A stretch of 36,859 nucleotides of DNA from a virus (Duplodnaviria; Heunggongvirae; Uroviricota; Caudoviricetes), in IMG/VR virus record IMGVR_UViG_2541047855_000003, one strand, 5' to 3'. Made by a program: the position numbers and the translations under genes. Numbering within the stretch: position 1 is the first letter of the stretch; each line of letters starts with the position of its first letter. The notes beneath the pieces are model-generated. The model saw nothing but the letters and a program-made list of their open reading frames with translations, ran no database searches and was not told where the DNA came from. Below are positions 1 to 8,418 of this stretch, piece by piece.

Positions 1-59
1 GGTATCCGTTCTGCTGAAGTGTCATGGCGTTGATTTTACGGTGACTCTTCGACAGTGAA

Positions 60-85
60 AAGAAAAAAGGCCGCAGAGCGGCCAT
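60..85 (-). terminator. Possible rho-independent terminator downstream of the int-orphan transcript
   Basis: Short GC stem ggccg(69-73)/cggcc(79-83) with a 5-nt loop, adjacent to an A-run at 62-68 on + (T-run for minus-strand transcripts). Confidence 0.3.
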
Positions 86-189
86 AAACACAAACAAAAA
101 TCAATAAGTTAGATAATTATCAAAGACTTACAGACACACAAAAACACAGCCAACCACAACAAATAACAGGGATGTGGTCACTTTGTGGA

Positions 190-585
190 TCATTCGCTCC
201 CCTCTTTTTCCTTATTTCGTTGAACGCCAATTGCGACACACGTACTAAGCAAATCTTTACATTTCTCTACGTCTTCAGACTTACGCAATTTGATGCTTTT
301 TACAGACTGCGGGCTACTGTCCGTAGCACGATACATCGTTATTTCAATATCATTTCGGTCTAAGAGTCCCATAATGGCTTTTGCAACCTCCACACCCTTC
401 TTCGCGAAATCAAAGAACAGAGCAAGTTTATATGGATTTTCGACGGAAAAAACTTCAATTTTGCTAAAACCAACATCGTGTAGAGAAAAATATTGCTCAA
501 CCTCATCTCGAAGTTCTGGATCGCATACAATGTCTATTCTCCAGTACTGACCTAAATGCAAATCGCTATTAACTGTTTTTTCCAC
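190..585 (-). CDS. Hypothetical protein (about 131 aa), AT-rich orphan gene immediately downstream of int
   Basis: ORF 190..606 (minus). Likely GTG start at 585 with AGGAGG 5 nt upstream; 10-nt gap after the int stop; acidic/lysine-rich, no obvious TM segment; no family recognised. Confidence 0.5.
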   Translation of the reverse strand: MEKTVNSDLHLGQYWRIDIVCDPELRDEVEQYFSLHDVGFSKIEVFSVENPYKLALFFDFAKKGVEVAKAIMGLLDRNDIEITMYRATDSSPQSVKSIKLRKSEDVEKCKDLLSTCVAIGVQRNKEKEGSE

Positions 586-595
586 AACATCCTCC

Positions 596-1570
596 TTACC
601 CAGCAATAGGATTAAATCTCACCGCATCCTGCAAGTAATCCGGCGCAAGATGGGCATAAATCATCGTTGTCTGAATCTTTGCGTGCCCCAGAATTTTCTG
701 GAGCGTCAGAATATTGCCGCCGTTCATCATGAAATGACTGGCGAAGGTGTGGCGCAGCGCATGAACAGCCTGGCCGTCAGGAACATCAGGTGCGACCGTT
801 TTGATGACATCGCGAACCAATGGATAATCCAGCGTCGGAAACACCAGTTTCCCGCCCCGTTTTTTGATCTTTTCAAACAGGCTTTCAGAAATAGGAACGG
901 TACGGTTTTTGCTGTTCTTCGTTTTTGAAAAAGTGATTCGACAATGAAGAACACGGCGCTGCTCCAGTGCCGCTACCTCGCCCCATCGCGCCCCGGTCGA
1001 CAGAAGGATTTCGACAGCCAGCCGTTCATCGGGATTTTCAGCCAGTGCATCCAGCAACTGAACACATTCAGACTTACTCAGATATCCCATTTCGCGCTCG
1101 TTAACCTTCATTCCTTTAAGGCCTTGAACGGGGTTATCGTTTAGAAAATGGCCGGATGAGATGAGTGCGGTAAACATCGCGCTTAACGCCCCAATCTCTC
1201 GATTTATGGTGCTGGGCTGTATCCCCTGCTCTATCCTGGACACACGTAGCTCGGTGAGCATCGTTGTATTAAGTTTATGCACGCACGGGTCATCCATTGC
1301 CTCACTCAAGCGCAGCAATTTAAGGCGCGTGTTATGCCCTGACTTCATTAGCTGGCCGTGGTATTTCCACCACAAGTCAATAAGCACTGACAGAGGACGG
1401 CGATCAATAGAGTTTCCTTTCCACTCATTGTTATGCTGTTGCGCCAGCACCCACCGCTCATATAAAACTGCATCCGATTTCGTTTTAAATTTTTTGCGAA
1501 TGCGTTTGCCTTTACGCCCCTCAGGGCGCATGTCAAGAAGATACCCTCCCGGAATTGATTTTATGCTCAT
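596..1570 (-). CDS. int: Phage tyrosine integrase (site-specific recombinase)
   Basis: C-terminal motif HALRHTFASHF...LGHAKIQTTMIYAHL typical of tyrosine recombinases; about 325 aa from MSIKS; the long ORF to 1720 is probably an upstream in-frame extension. Confidence 0.9.
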   Translation of the reverse strand: MSIKSIPGGYLLDMRPEGRKGKRIRKKFKTKSDAVLYERWVLAQQHNNEWKGNSIDRRPLSVLIDLWWKYHGQLMKSGHNTRLKLLRLSEAMDDPCVHKLNTTMLTELRVSRIEQGIQPSTINREIGALSAMFTALISSGHFLNDNPVQGLKGMKVNEREMGYLSKSECVQLLDALAENPDERLAVEILLSTGARWGEVAALEQRRVLHCRITFSKTKNSKNRTVPISESLFEKIKKRGGKLVFPTLDYPLVRDVIKTVAPDVPDGQAVHALRHTFASHFMMNGGNILTLQKILGHAKIQTTMIYAHLAPDYLQDAVRFNPIAG

Positions 1571-1619
1571 TCGTGAAACCCCAGCGTTACAAGACCACCA
1601 TGCCCCCAGCGTTCCATGA

Positions 1620-1928
1620 TTAGCCGGGCTGTGTACCAGTCTTGCGGGGCTTTTGAGAAGACGATGTGTTTTCTGGCCCATCAGGGGAGAGAGAGGGACT
1701 GATCTGCCCAGCAGCCTCATTCGTTTTTCCTGTCATAAGCCAATTCATGTACTTAAAAAAGCGAGGGTGATTAACAATCTTGATAAGCACTTCGCCCCCT
1801 ATGTTTTCAATCCGCCCCGTTTCATAACGACGCAAAGTGCCGATAGGCACATCAATCAGGCCGCAAAATTCTTCGCGCGTTAAATCCTCTGATTCACGAA
1901 TCACTCTAATTTTTTCACCGATAAGCAT
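1620..1928 (-). CDS. Immunity repressor (P2 C-like, HTH XRE-type)
   Basis: About 100 aa, N-terminal HTH-like segment (LTREEFCGLIDVPIGTLRRYETG); directly upstream of int on the same strand and divergent from cox; start at 1928 (ATG) or 1964. Confidence 0.7.
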   Translation of the reverse strand: MLIGEKIRVIRESEDLTREEFCGLIDVPIGTLRRYETGRIENIGGEVLIKIVNHPRFFKYMNWLMTGKTNEAAGQISPSLSPDGPENTSSSQKPRKTGTQPG

Positions 1929-1938
1929 TGACAGTGTT

Positions 1939-1990
1939 CCTATAAGTACACTAAGCTTGCGCACAAGGTGTACTTATAAGTACACCAAGT
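1939..1990. promoter_or_regulatory. Immunity-switch operator: perfect 18-bp palindrome plus upstream half-site
   Basis: GTGTACTTATAAGTACAC at 1968-1985 is its own reverse complement; TATAAGTACAC also at 1941-1951; lies between the divergent repressor and cox genes. Confidence 0.55.
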
Positions 1991-2024
1991 CACAAACAAC
2001 CACAGATAGCGCAGGTTATCACAC

Positions 2025-2303
2025 ATGGCAAAAGTCCTGAACACACACGAACAGGCAGACTTTGAGCGTTTAGCAGCGTTCTATCCCTACCGCGATGAGC
2101 ATGGGTTACCAGTACTTGAAGAAAGCCTGAAAGATTACGCAAAGCGTACCAACCAAGCTGTTAACACAGTGAAAAGACAGGCTGACAGAGGTTCAATTCC
2201 CATCAACCAAGATGAAAAGAACTCAAGACGCACAGTAAATCTTTTCGCTCTTTTCCTGAAAACAATCAGGAGCGCAGAGAAATACGTGCAGATGACAAAA
2301 TAA
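2025..2303 (+). CDS. cox: Cox-like excision/regulatory protein
   Basis: 92 aa, first rightward gene opposite the repressor, matching P2 cox size and position; assignment is positional and by size. Confidence 0.55.
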   Translation: MAKVLNTHEQADFERLAAFYPYRDEHGLPVLEESLKDYAKRTNQAVNTVKRQADRGSIPINQDEKNSRRTVNLFALFLKTIRSAEKYVQMTK

Positions 2304-2317
2304 CGAGGTGTCATTTT

Positions 2318-2656
2318 ATGCTGAAGCAACGCCGTAATTTTCGTACCGGAACAGAACGCCACGCTAACCATTTCGCTACCAACGCATCACGCAGCAACAT
2401 CCGCTACAGCCTGAGCGAGACGCACGCAACACCTGATGGCCACACAGTAAAACAAATTGGCGAACACACCTGGCTAATTGAAAAAGCTGGAATCGTGGTT
2501 CACAGATGCCCACGCAATCCGTTTACCGGAAACCGCATTTTTGCACTAAGCAGCGGCGACAATCAGTTCGGACAGGATTTCACATTATACGAAGCACTTC
2601 GCACGGTTGATCGTCTGCTTCGCGGGCAAAGTTTTATTAAACAGACTGATTTATAA
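2318..2656 (+). CDS. Hypothetical early protein (112 aa)
   Basis: ORF with GAGGTG 8 nt upstream of the ATG; tightly packed in the early operon. Confidence 0.55.
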   Translation: MLKQRRNFRTGTERHANHFATNASRSNIRYSLSETHATPDGHTVKQIGEHTWLIEKAGIVVHRCPRNPFTGNRIFALSSGDNQFGQDFTLYEALRTVDRLLRGQSFIKQTDL

Positions 2657-2666
2657 CAGGTGCGTT

Positions 2667-2945
2667 ATGATCAAAGAGCATGCACAAGGTGTATTTATCC
2701 GTTTTATTGATTTTCGCGGTGAACTGTTATTGCGCGCATCAGCTATTGATGGAGTTGTCCCATCAGAAAAAAATGCAGCTACTTACGTTTATCTGAACGG
2801 CACGCGCCTGACCGTAGAACTTCCGTACCAGACTGTACAAGGAATCATTAGCGAAGCTGAAAAAGCACGTAAGATTAATGGCGATGAACCCTATATCGAA
2901 ATTATTTGTATGGATTCAGAAGCTGAAATTCAGAAAGCAGATTAA
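2667..2945 (+). CDS. Hypothetical early protein (92 aa)
   Basis: ATG at 2667 inside ORF 2607..2945; same-strand packing in the early operon. Confidence 0.5.
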   Translation: MIKEHAQGVFIRFIDFRGELLLRASAIDGVVPSEKNAATYVYLNGTRLTVELPYQTVQGIISEAEKARKINGDEPYIEIICMDSEAEIQKAD

Positions 2946-2956
2946 AGGGCGTTTCG

Positions 2957-3199
2957 ATGGGCAAAGAATATAAAACTCTCATTAACAAAGCACTTGAGCG
3001 TTTTTATTTTCGCTTAAGTGCATCAGGTGCTCATGCTGAACGTGCAGCCCGTGACTCATTGACCAGGGCAATCCGGAGTCTGTATGACGTGGCTTTTTAC
3101 GCTGATGATCTGGATGCACTTAACGAACTTTCCGAGCTGATCTGTGCCGCAGAATGCGGAGAGCATATTGAACCGTATAAGCTGGGGAATATTGCATGA
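2957..3199 (+). CDS. Hypothetical early protein (80 aa)
   Basis: ORF in the early operon; no family recognised. Confidence 0.5.
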   Translation: MGKEYKTLINKALERFYFRLSASGAHAERAARDSLTRAIRSLYDVAFYADDLDALNELSELICAAECGEHIEPYKLGNIA

Positions 3200-3309
3200 G
3201 TATATTTATCTCATGGCTTGTTCTGATTATTTCGGTGGTCTGCGCCATTGGGATTATGCAAATTATTCATTCAGTAAAAAAGATTGAACGCTTTTTCACT
3301 GGCGAATAA
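3196..3309 (+). CDS. Possible small hydrophobic protein (37 aa, single TM-like segment)
   Basis: ATG overlaps the previous stop (ATGA); translation MSIFISWLVLIISVVCAIGIMQIIHSVKKIERFFTGE; below the ORF-track length cutoff. Confidence 0.3.
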   Translation: MSIFISWLVLIISVVCAIGIMQIIHSVKKIERFFTGE

Positions 3310-3396
3310 CAGCGCAAATAAAAACCCTAGGTTAAATAAGAAAATGTAAAAACAATCCGCATTCGCGGAGGTATTCGCACACGCCCAGGAGGCGTA

Positions 3397-3600
3397 ATGG
3401 CAATTAAGCATTTTCCTGTCGTTCGTTTCACTTCCAGAGGACGTGAATACGAAGTCGACGAACGCCTGATTACCACAATCGACAAACACCGCTCAGAAAA
3501 GGATGCACACCACATCTATCTCACTGACGGTACTTACTTCTGCGCCACTAATGTGGCGCGGGTGAATCTTATCCGACAGGTACAGGATCCACGTAAATGA
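3397..3600 (+). CDS. Hypothetical early protein (67 aa)
   Basis: Strong RBS CAGGAGG 5-6 nt upstream of ATG 3397; stop overlaps the next start. Confidence 0.6.
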   Translation: MAIKHFPVVRFTSRGREYEVDERLITTIDKHRSEKDAHHIYLTDGTYFCATNVARVNLIRQVQDPRK

Positions 3601-3815
3601 GCAGGAGAAGAATCACTCGCAGACATCACCGCACACACCTGAATTCCTCAGCAACGCTAAAGGCACTTATTCAAAGCGAGATCGGTGATTTCTTCGCGGG
3701 AGTTGGCTCACCAGGTGAACCAGAAACACCAGAAGCGATGCAGCGTGAGCTCATGATACGCATAGATAACACTTTTGATTTCTTCTACAGCATGCACGGA
3801 ATTAAACAGAAATGA
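3597..3815 (+). CDS. Hypothetical early protein (72 aa), arginine/histidine-rich N-terminus
   Basis: ORF overlapping the previous stop (translational coupling). Confidence 0.5.
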   Translation: MSRRRITRRHHRTHLNSSATLKALIQSEIGDFFAGVGSPGEPETPEAMQRELMIRIDNTFDFFYSMHGIKQK

Positions 3816-3923
3816 ACCTCAAGCCAGCAATAACTACTCGTAGAACGCCAATTTCTGTAACCGACCGCTTCTGAGTTTTTTGGCAGGAAGCCTTCGCACA
3901 TCCTTAGTAGAGAGAATTGCAGC

Positions 3924-4313
3924 ATGATTGACGCTCATGACTTCACAAGATGGGTGCGCACACAGGACACCCGTCTGGCTCCCGTTCTCCAAGGATTATT
4001 GGATCTTTACATCCGTGGTCGTGACAACAGAGCACGCACTACAAAACCGGAGAATGTGGATACCCTTTATTTCACAGTAGACGACTGCTACCGCGTGGAC
4101 TTCACACCACACGGACTGGCGTTGCACTGCCTGACACCGCACGGCGAATCACTGCTGGCGTATTACGACTCCCCGGCCTCCGTATTTGCGGCAATGCTGG
4201 CGCATCGCACTGCTGGCGGGTGTGCCTCGCTGAGTGAATACACCGCTGAATTTAACCGCCTTTCCACCATCTTCTTGCAGGAGTGGCAGCGCGTGACGGG
4301 ATACCAGCCATGA
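3924..4313 (+). CDS. Hypothetical protein (129 aa) immediately upstream of and coupled to gene A
   Basis: Stop TGA 4311-4313 overlaps the A start ATG 4310-4312. Confidence 0.55.
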   Translation: MIDAHDFTRWVRTQDTRLAPVLQGLLDLYIRGRDNRARTTKPENVDTLYFTVDDCYRVDFTPHGLALHCLTPHGESLLAYYDSPASVFAAMLAHRTAGGCASLSEYTAEFNRLSTIFLQEWQRVTGYQP

Positions 4314-7093
4314 GTGAGTTTGCATGGAGCTGGAATGAACCACGACCAGCCATTGATCCGGCCAGATTTACGGAGCACAGGCAGGAAACTGAAACCGACC
4401 TGCAACGCGCCATCCGTTACTACCTTGAGGCAGACAAAAAGGCTCTGGAAGAACAGGAAGCGAAGGAGGAAGCCTTTTTCGCACAATCCACCGTGGGTAA
4501 AAAACTCATGGCATCCCTTGAGGAAGCCGGACAGCGTGAAAAGCTGGCACAAAGCATCATCAGCAAGCGTCAGGCAACAGAACAAGACCCGGTGGCCCGT
4601 GCTTTTGCCACACTGAAGGTGCTTCCCGTTTATCTGCGTGAACCTCTGAGCCGCCACCTCTCTTTCCTGCGCAAAAAACAGGAAGCCGATCGCCAGAAAG
4701 GCAAAAAGAGCTGGCAGGCTGAACGCTACGCGCGCGGAACCCTGCGCAAAATATTCGAACGTCTGGACCGCACCGATCACCGCTGGCTGACACCGGGTTA
4801 TCGCTCCCTTGCCGGACGCAAACGCCAGGACGATTTGCTTTACCTGCCGCAGCTCAACAAACACCAGATACAGACGCTGGCCACCATGACGGCGGCGATG
4901 TTCAGCAGCACCTTCGAAAAACTCTGCGATGGCTTTGGCGCGACTGATGGCGAACTGACCATGGATGTAACGCTGAAGGCGTATCAGATGCTGGCCCGCA
5001 TGGCGTTACACCTGCACACCATGCCTCCACATTATGACGCACTGACAACAGACAAAGACCGGAGGAACGAACCGGACACGGAGCTGCTGCCGGGCGCAAT
5101 CCTTCGCCTGACCTGTGCGGAATGGTGGAAACGCAAACTGTGGCTGTTACGTTGCGAGTGGAGAGAAGAACAACTCCGCGCCGCCTGTCTGGTTTCCAGA
5201 AAAACATCACCCTATCTGAGCCAGGACGCGTTAAGCGAGTTTCGCGCACAGCGCGAGAAAACACGCGATTTCCTGAAAAGTTTCATGCTGGAAAACGAAG
5301 ACGGGTTCACGATTGATCTCGAGACAGTGTATTACGCGGGAGTAAGTAACCCGGTTCACCGTAAGGCAGAAATGATGGCCACCATGAAGGGGCTGGAACT
5401 TCTGGCCGAGGCCCGTGGCGACAAAGCGGTGTTTCTGACTGTCACCTGCCCGTCAAAATACCACGCAACAACGGAGAACGGTCATCCAAACCCCAAATGG
5501 AACGGGGCCACCATGCGCGACTCCAGCGATTACCTGGTTAACACATTTTTTGCGGCGGTCCGCAAGAAACTGAACCGCGACGGCCTGCGCTGGTATGGCA
5601 TCCGCACGGTGGAGCCTCACCATGACGGCACCGTGCACTGGCATATGATGGTCTTTGCTCATCCGGAAGAAATCGACACCATTGTGTCCCACACCCGCGA
5701 TATTGCCATTCAGGAAGATCGTCACGAGCTGGGCGATGATATTACTCCGCGCTTTAAGGCGGAGTATGTCGACGGCTCAAAAGGCACGCCAACCAGCTAC
5801 ATCGCCACCTACATCGGAAAAAACCTGGACAGCCGCGCCGTGGATGGCATCGACCCGAAAACAGGCAAACCACGCGTTGACCACGAAACCGGAAAATCAA
5901 TGGCCGAGAGCGTGGAGCGCGCCATCGGCTGGGCGCGCCTTCACCGGGTCCGCCAGTTCCAGTTCTTTGGCATCCCCTCCCGTCAGGTGTGGCGTGAACT
6001 GCGCCGTCTTGCCAGCCAGATGGCACGCAACCCGGAAGGCCCGCAACGGCTGAAGGATGACGCAATGGATGCGGTACTCGCTGCCGCTGATGCCGGGTGT
6101 TTTGCCTCCTACATTGAAAAACAGGGTGGCGTACTTGTTCCACGCAAGGACTACCTGATTCGCACCGCCTACGACCTCGCAGATGAGCTGAACGATTACG
6201 GCGAACAGAGCGTACAGATTTACGGGATCTGGTCACCACTCATCGGGGAATCCTCCCGTGTGTGCACGCACCCGGATAACTGGAAGCTGGTAAGACGTAA
6301 ACCGGAAGCGGAAGACAGCACCCGCGAAAATGATTTTGACCTTCAGGGCGGCCCTGCCGCCCCTTGGACTCGTGGCAATAACTGTCCCCGTGTACAGGAA
6401 ACGGACAACAACGGGACAGAACAGCCGGAAGAACGGCCAGCACTGTGGCCGCAGCTTCCTGACGGCGTTGATGTGGATGAATGGATGCGCTCACTGAAAC
6501 GGCACGAACGCCGGGCGCTGATGCGTTCGCTTCGTGACAAACAGGCAAAAAACAGCAGTGATGAAATGCAGAGCTGGACACAGAGCCGCAAACAGCAGCG
6601 GCCTTTGCCTGATAACCACGAATTACTCGCTAAAGAATGGCGGGAATCTGCCGAATCTCTCGGCCTGCATATCGGTGAACAGCAGATGCAGCACCTGTTA
6701 CGAGGCGGCAGTCTGTACGTTGACGGCAGCATCATTGCACCGCAGGGATTTGAAATTGTACGCAAACCAGATACCCGACCGGACAGCCGAATCACGCAGC
6801 TCTGGCAGCGCCTGAGCCGTAATCACGGCGTAAACAGCACGGAAATCCGTCATAACCCGGTTTCCAGCTATCTGAAACAGCTCGGGGCATCAGACCCAGA
6901 AGCCGCTGCACGCCTGGCATCCACAATTCAGCAGGACCAGAACACCATGAAAACTCCCGTTACCGTGCTTTCTGACATGCTGCGCGCCATCCGTGACGCA
7001 GAGCACGCACAGAGAATCAATGAAACCACTGAACGCGCACGTCACAAGGCGAGTCTGTTGCAGGACAAAGGCAATAGCGAGAAGAAAAAATAA
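4310..7093 (+). CDS. A: Replication initiation endonuclease (P2 gpA-like, rolling-circle initiator)
   Basis: Motifs HWHMMVF and YIATYIGKN (paired catalytic tyrosines) typical of the phage GPA family; position after the early genes; long C-terminal region. Confidence 0.9.
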   Translation: MSEFAWSWNEPRPAIDPARFTEHRQETETDLQRAIRYYLEADKKALEEQEAKEEAFFAQSTVGKKLMASLEEAGQREKLAQSIISKRQATEQDPVARAFATLKVLPVYLREPLSRHLSFLRKKQEADRQKGKKSWQAERYARGTLRKIFERLDRTDHRWLTPGYRSLAGRKRQDDLLYLPQLNKHQIQTLATMTAAMFSSTFEKLCDGFGATDGELTMDVTLKAYQMLARMALHLHTMPPHYDALTTDKDRRNEPDTELLPGAILRLTCAEWWKRKLWLLRCEWREEQLRAACLVSRKTSPYLSQDALSEFRAQREKTRDFLKSFMLENEDGFTIDLETVYYAGVSNPVHRKAEMMATMKGLELLAEARGDKAVFLTVTCPSKYHATTENGHPNPKWNGATMRDSSDYLVNTFFAAVRKKLNRDGLRWYGIRTVEPHHDGTVHWHMMVFAHPEEIDTIVSHTRDIAIQEDRHELGDDITPRFKAEYVDGSKGTPTSYIATYIGKNLDSRAVDGIDPKTGKPRVDHETGKSMAESVERAIGWARLHRVRQFQFFGIPSRQVWRELRRLASQMARNPEGPQRLKDDAMDAVLAAADAGCFASYIEKQGGVLVPRKDYLIRTAYDLADELNDYGEQSVQIYGIWSPLIGESSRVCTHPDNWKLVRRKPEAEDSTRENDFDLQGGPAAPWTRGNNCPRVQETDNNGTEQPEERPALWPQLPDGVDVDEWMRSLKRHERRALMRSLRDKQAKNSSDEMQSWTQSRKQQRPLPDNHELLAKEWRESAESLGLHIGEQQMQHLLRGGSLYVDGSIIAPQGFEIVRKPDTRPDSRITQLWQRLSRNHGVNSTEIRHNPVSSYLKQLGASDPEAAARLASTIQQDQNTMKTPVTVLSDMLRAIRDAEHAQRINETTERARHKASLLQDKGNSEKKK

Positions 7094-7193
7094 CCAAGAA
7101 AGAAATCATCAATTGTATGAAGGTAGAGTTTAGACATGGTAAGGACGTTCCATGAGGCACACTGTAATTTCATATAGTATTCCTCTTCCCTGT

Positions 7194-7227
7194 TTGATAA
7201 AAAAGTGCAATACTATAAATAGTCCAG
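7194..7227 (+). promoter_or_regulatory. Candidate sigma70 promoter for cargo island 1
   Basis: TTGATA, about 16-nt spacer, TAAATA, in the AT-rich gap between gene A and the ATPase gene. Confidence 0.3.
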
Positions 7228-7273
7228 TTAAATGCTTTTTCAATTCACTTAAAATCAAGAGGTTACAATTAAG

Positions 7274-8395
7274 ATGGGCGACTTAGGTGGTATTCAGTCA
7301 GATTTAGCCCAACTAGTTAGACTGGTAATAGCTGAACAGTATGATGACGTTCGGTTATATGTCGCTCGCTTGGTGCGTAAATATCGGGAAACTATGCCTG
7401 CTCTATCCGAGCAGCTTGATCTTTATCTACGAAATAAACCGCAAAAGCCTGCACAAAGTCTGCGTAAGGTTACCGCACCAAAACAAGCGCTGCCTCAAAC
7501 CATGCCTGTGGACGAGGAGTCAAGGCTTACCTTGCTTAAAGCACCAAATGAAAAGATTGTGAGCAAACCTCTACTGTCCAGTCAGATAGAAGACTCACTG
7601 GATCAAATTATTCTTGAGCGGAAGCACATCGATCGCCTCAAGGCTCTCGGCTTACAACCAACACGCTCTGCCATTTTTGTTGGCCCTCCGGGTGTAGGTA
7701 AAACACTTACGGCAAGCTGGTTAGCTCAGAAATTAGGGGTTCCTTTTTACGTTCTTGATTTAACGGCAGTAATGAGCAGCTATCTGGGCAAAAGCGGAAA
7801 TAACCTTCGGGCAGCTCTAGATTTTGCGAAGAAAGGGCCGTGCGTTCTTCTGTTAGATGAAATTGATTCAATCGCCAAAAAGAGAAGTGATGATTCTGAT
7901 GTTGGAGAATTAAAAAGACTTGTTACCGTGATACTCCAGGAGGTTGACGAATGGCCGTCTTCTAGTTTGCTACTTGCTGCAACTAACTTCGCTGAGTTGA
8001 TTGATCCAGCACTATGGAGACGTTTTGATTTAGTGCTCAATTTTGAGAAGCCAGATAGTGAAAGTATTAAAGAAGCAATTAAACGCTTTTCAGGTCCCGA
8101 CTACGCGATTTTTGCACGTTGGATAGATCTACTGGCTATTATGTTCAAAAATGAATCTTTTAGTAATATTGAGCGTTCTATCAACAAATTCCGACGTTCG
8201 GTCGCTTTAGGTATTTCCTCAGATGAAGAGTTGATTGGGTCGTTCATTAAAGATGGTTTATCAGAATTAGACAGGAATGAACGTAAAGAAATTGCAGTTA
8301 CTCTAAAAAGAAATTCTAAATTATCCCAGCATGCCATATCAGACTTAACCGGAGTCAGTAGGGATACAATTAGAAAATACAGTCAAAAAATGTAA
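7274..8395 (+). CDS. ietA: Classic AAA+ ATPase with C-terminal HTH-like tail (IetA-like defence ATPase candidate)
   Basis: Walker A GPPGVGKT (K143, about nt 7700), Walker B LLLDEID, sensor-1 LLLAATN, arginine-finger region PALWRRFD; C-terminus LSQHAISDLTGVSRDTIRKY resembles an HTH. Symbol is from remembered architecture, not a search. Confidence 0.8.
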   Translation: MGDLGGIQSDLAQLVRLVIAEQYDDVRLYVARLVRKYRETMPALSEQLDLYLRNKPQKPAQSLRKVTAPKQALPQTMPVDEESRLTLLKAPNEKIVSKPLLSSQIEDSLDQIILERKHIDRLKALGLQPTRSAIFVGPPGVGKTLTASWLAQKLGVPFYVLDLTAVMSSYLGKSGNNLRAALDFAKKGPCVLLLDEIDSIAKKRSDDSDVGELKRLVTVILQEVDEWPSSSLLLAATNFAELIDPALWRRFDLVLNFEKPDSESIKEAIKRFSGPDYAIFARWIDLLAIMFKNESFSNIERSINKFRRSVALGISSDEELIGSFIKDGLSELDRNERKEIAVTLKRNSKLSQHAISDLTGVSRDTIRKYSQKM

Positions 8396-8418
8396 TACAG
8401 CATAGATAAGGAGTATGT

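Noticed and set aside
1-190. Direct repeat shared between the left end (1-190) and the region after ogr (36529-36600) as att core
   Set aside because: Only short, differently spaced A-rich matches (AACAAAAA, TAGAT) found by eye; not convincing. att sites remain unassigned.
596-1720. Long 374-aa form of the integrase ORF
   Set aside because: The N-terminal 50 codons overlap the repressor gene 3' end and lack recombinase similarity; start at 1570 (MSIKS) gives a P2 Int-sized protein.
4163-4864. 233-aa minus-strand ORF overlapping the start of gene A
   Set aside because: Antisense to the well-supported A gene and the upstream coupled ORF; no RBS or motifs.
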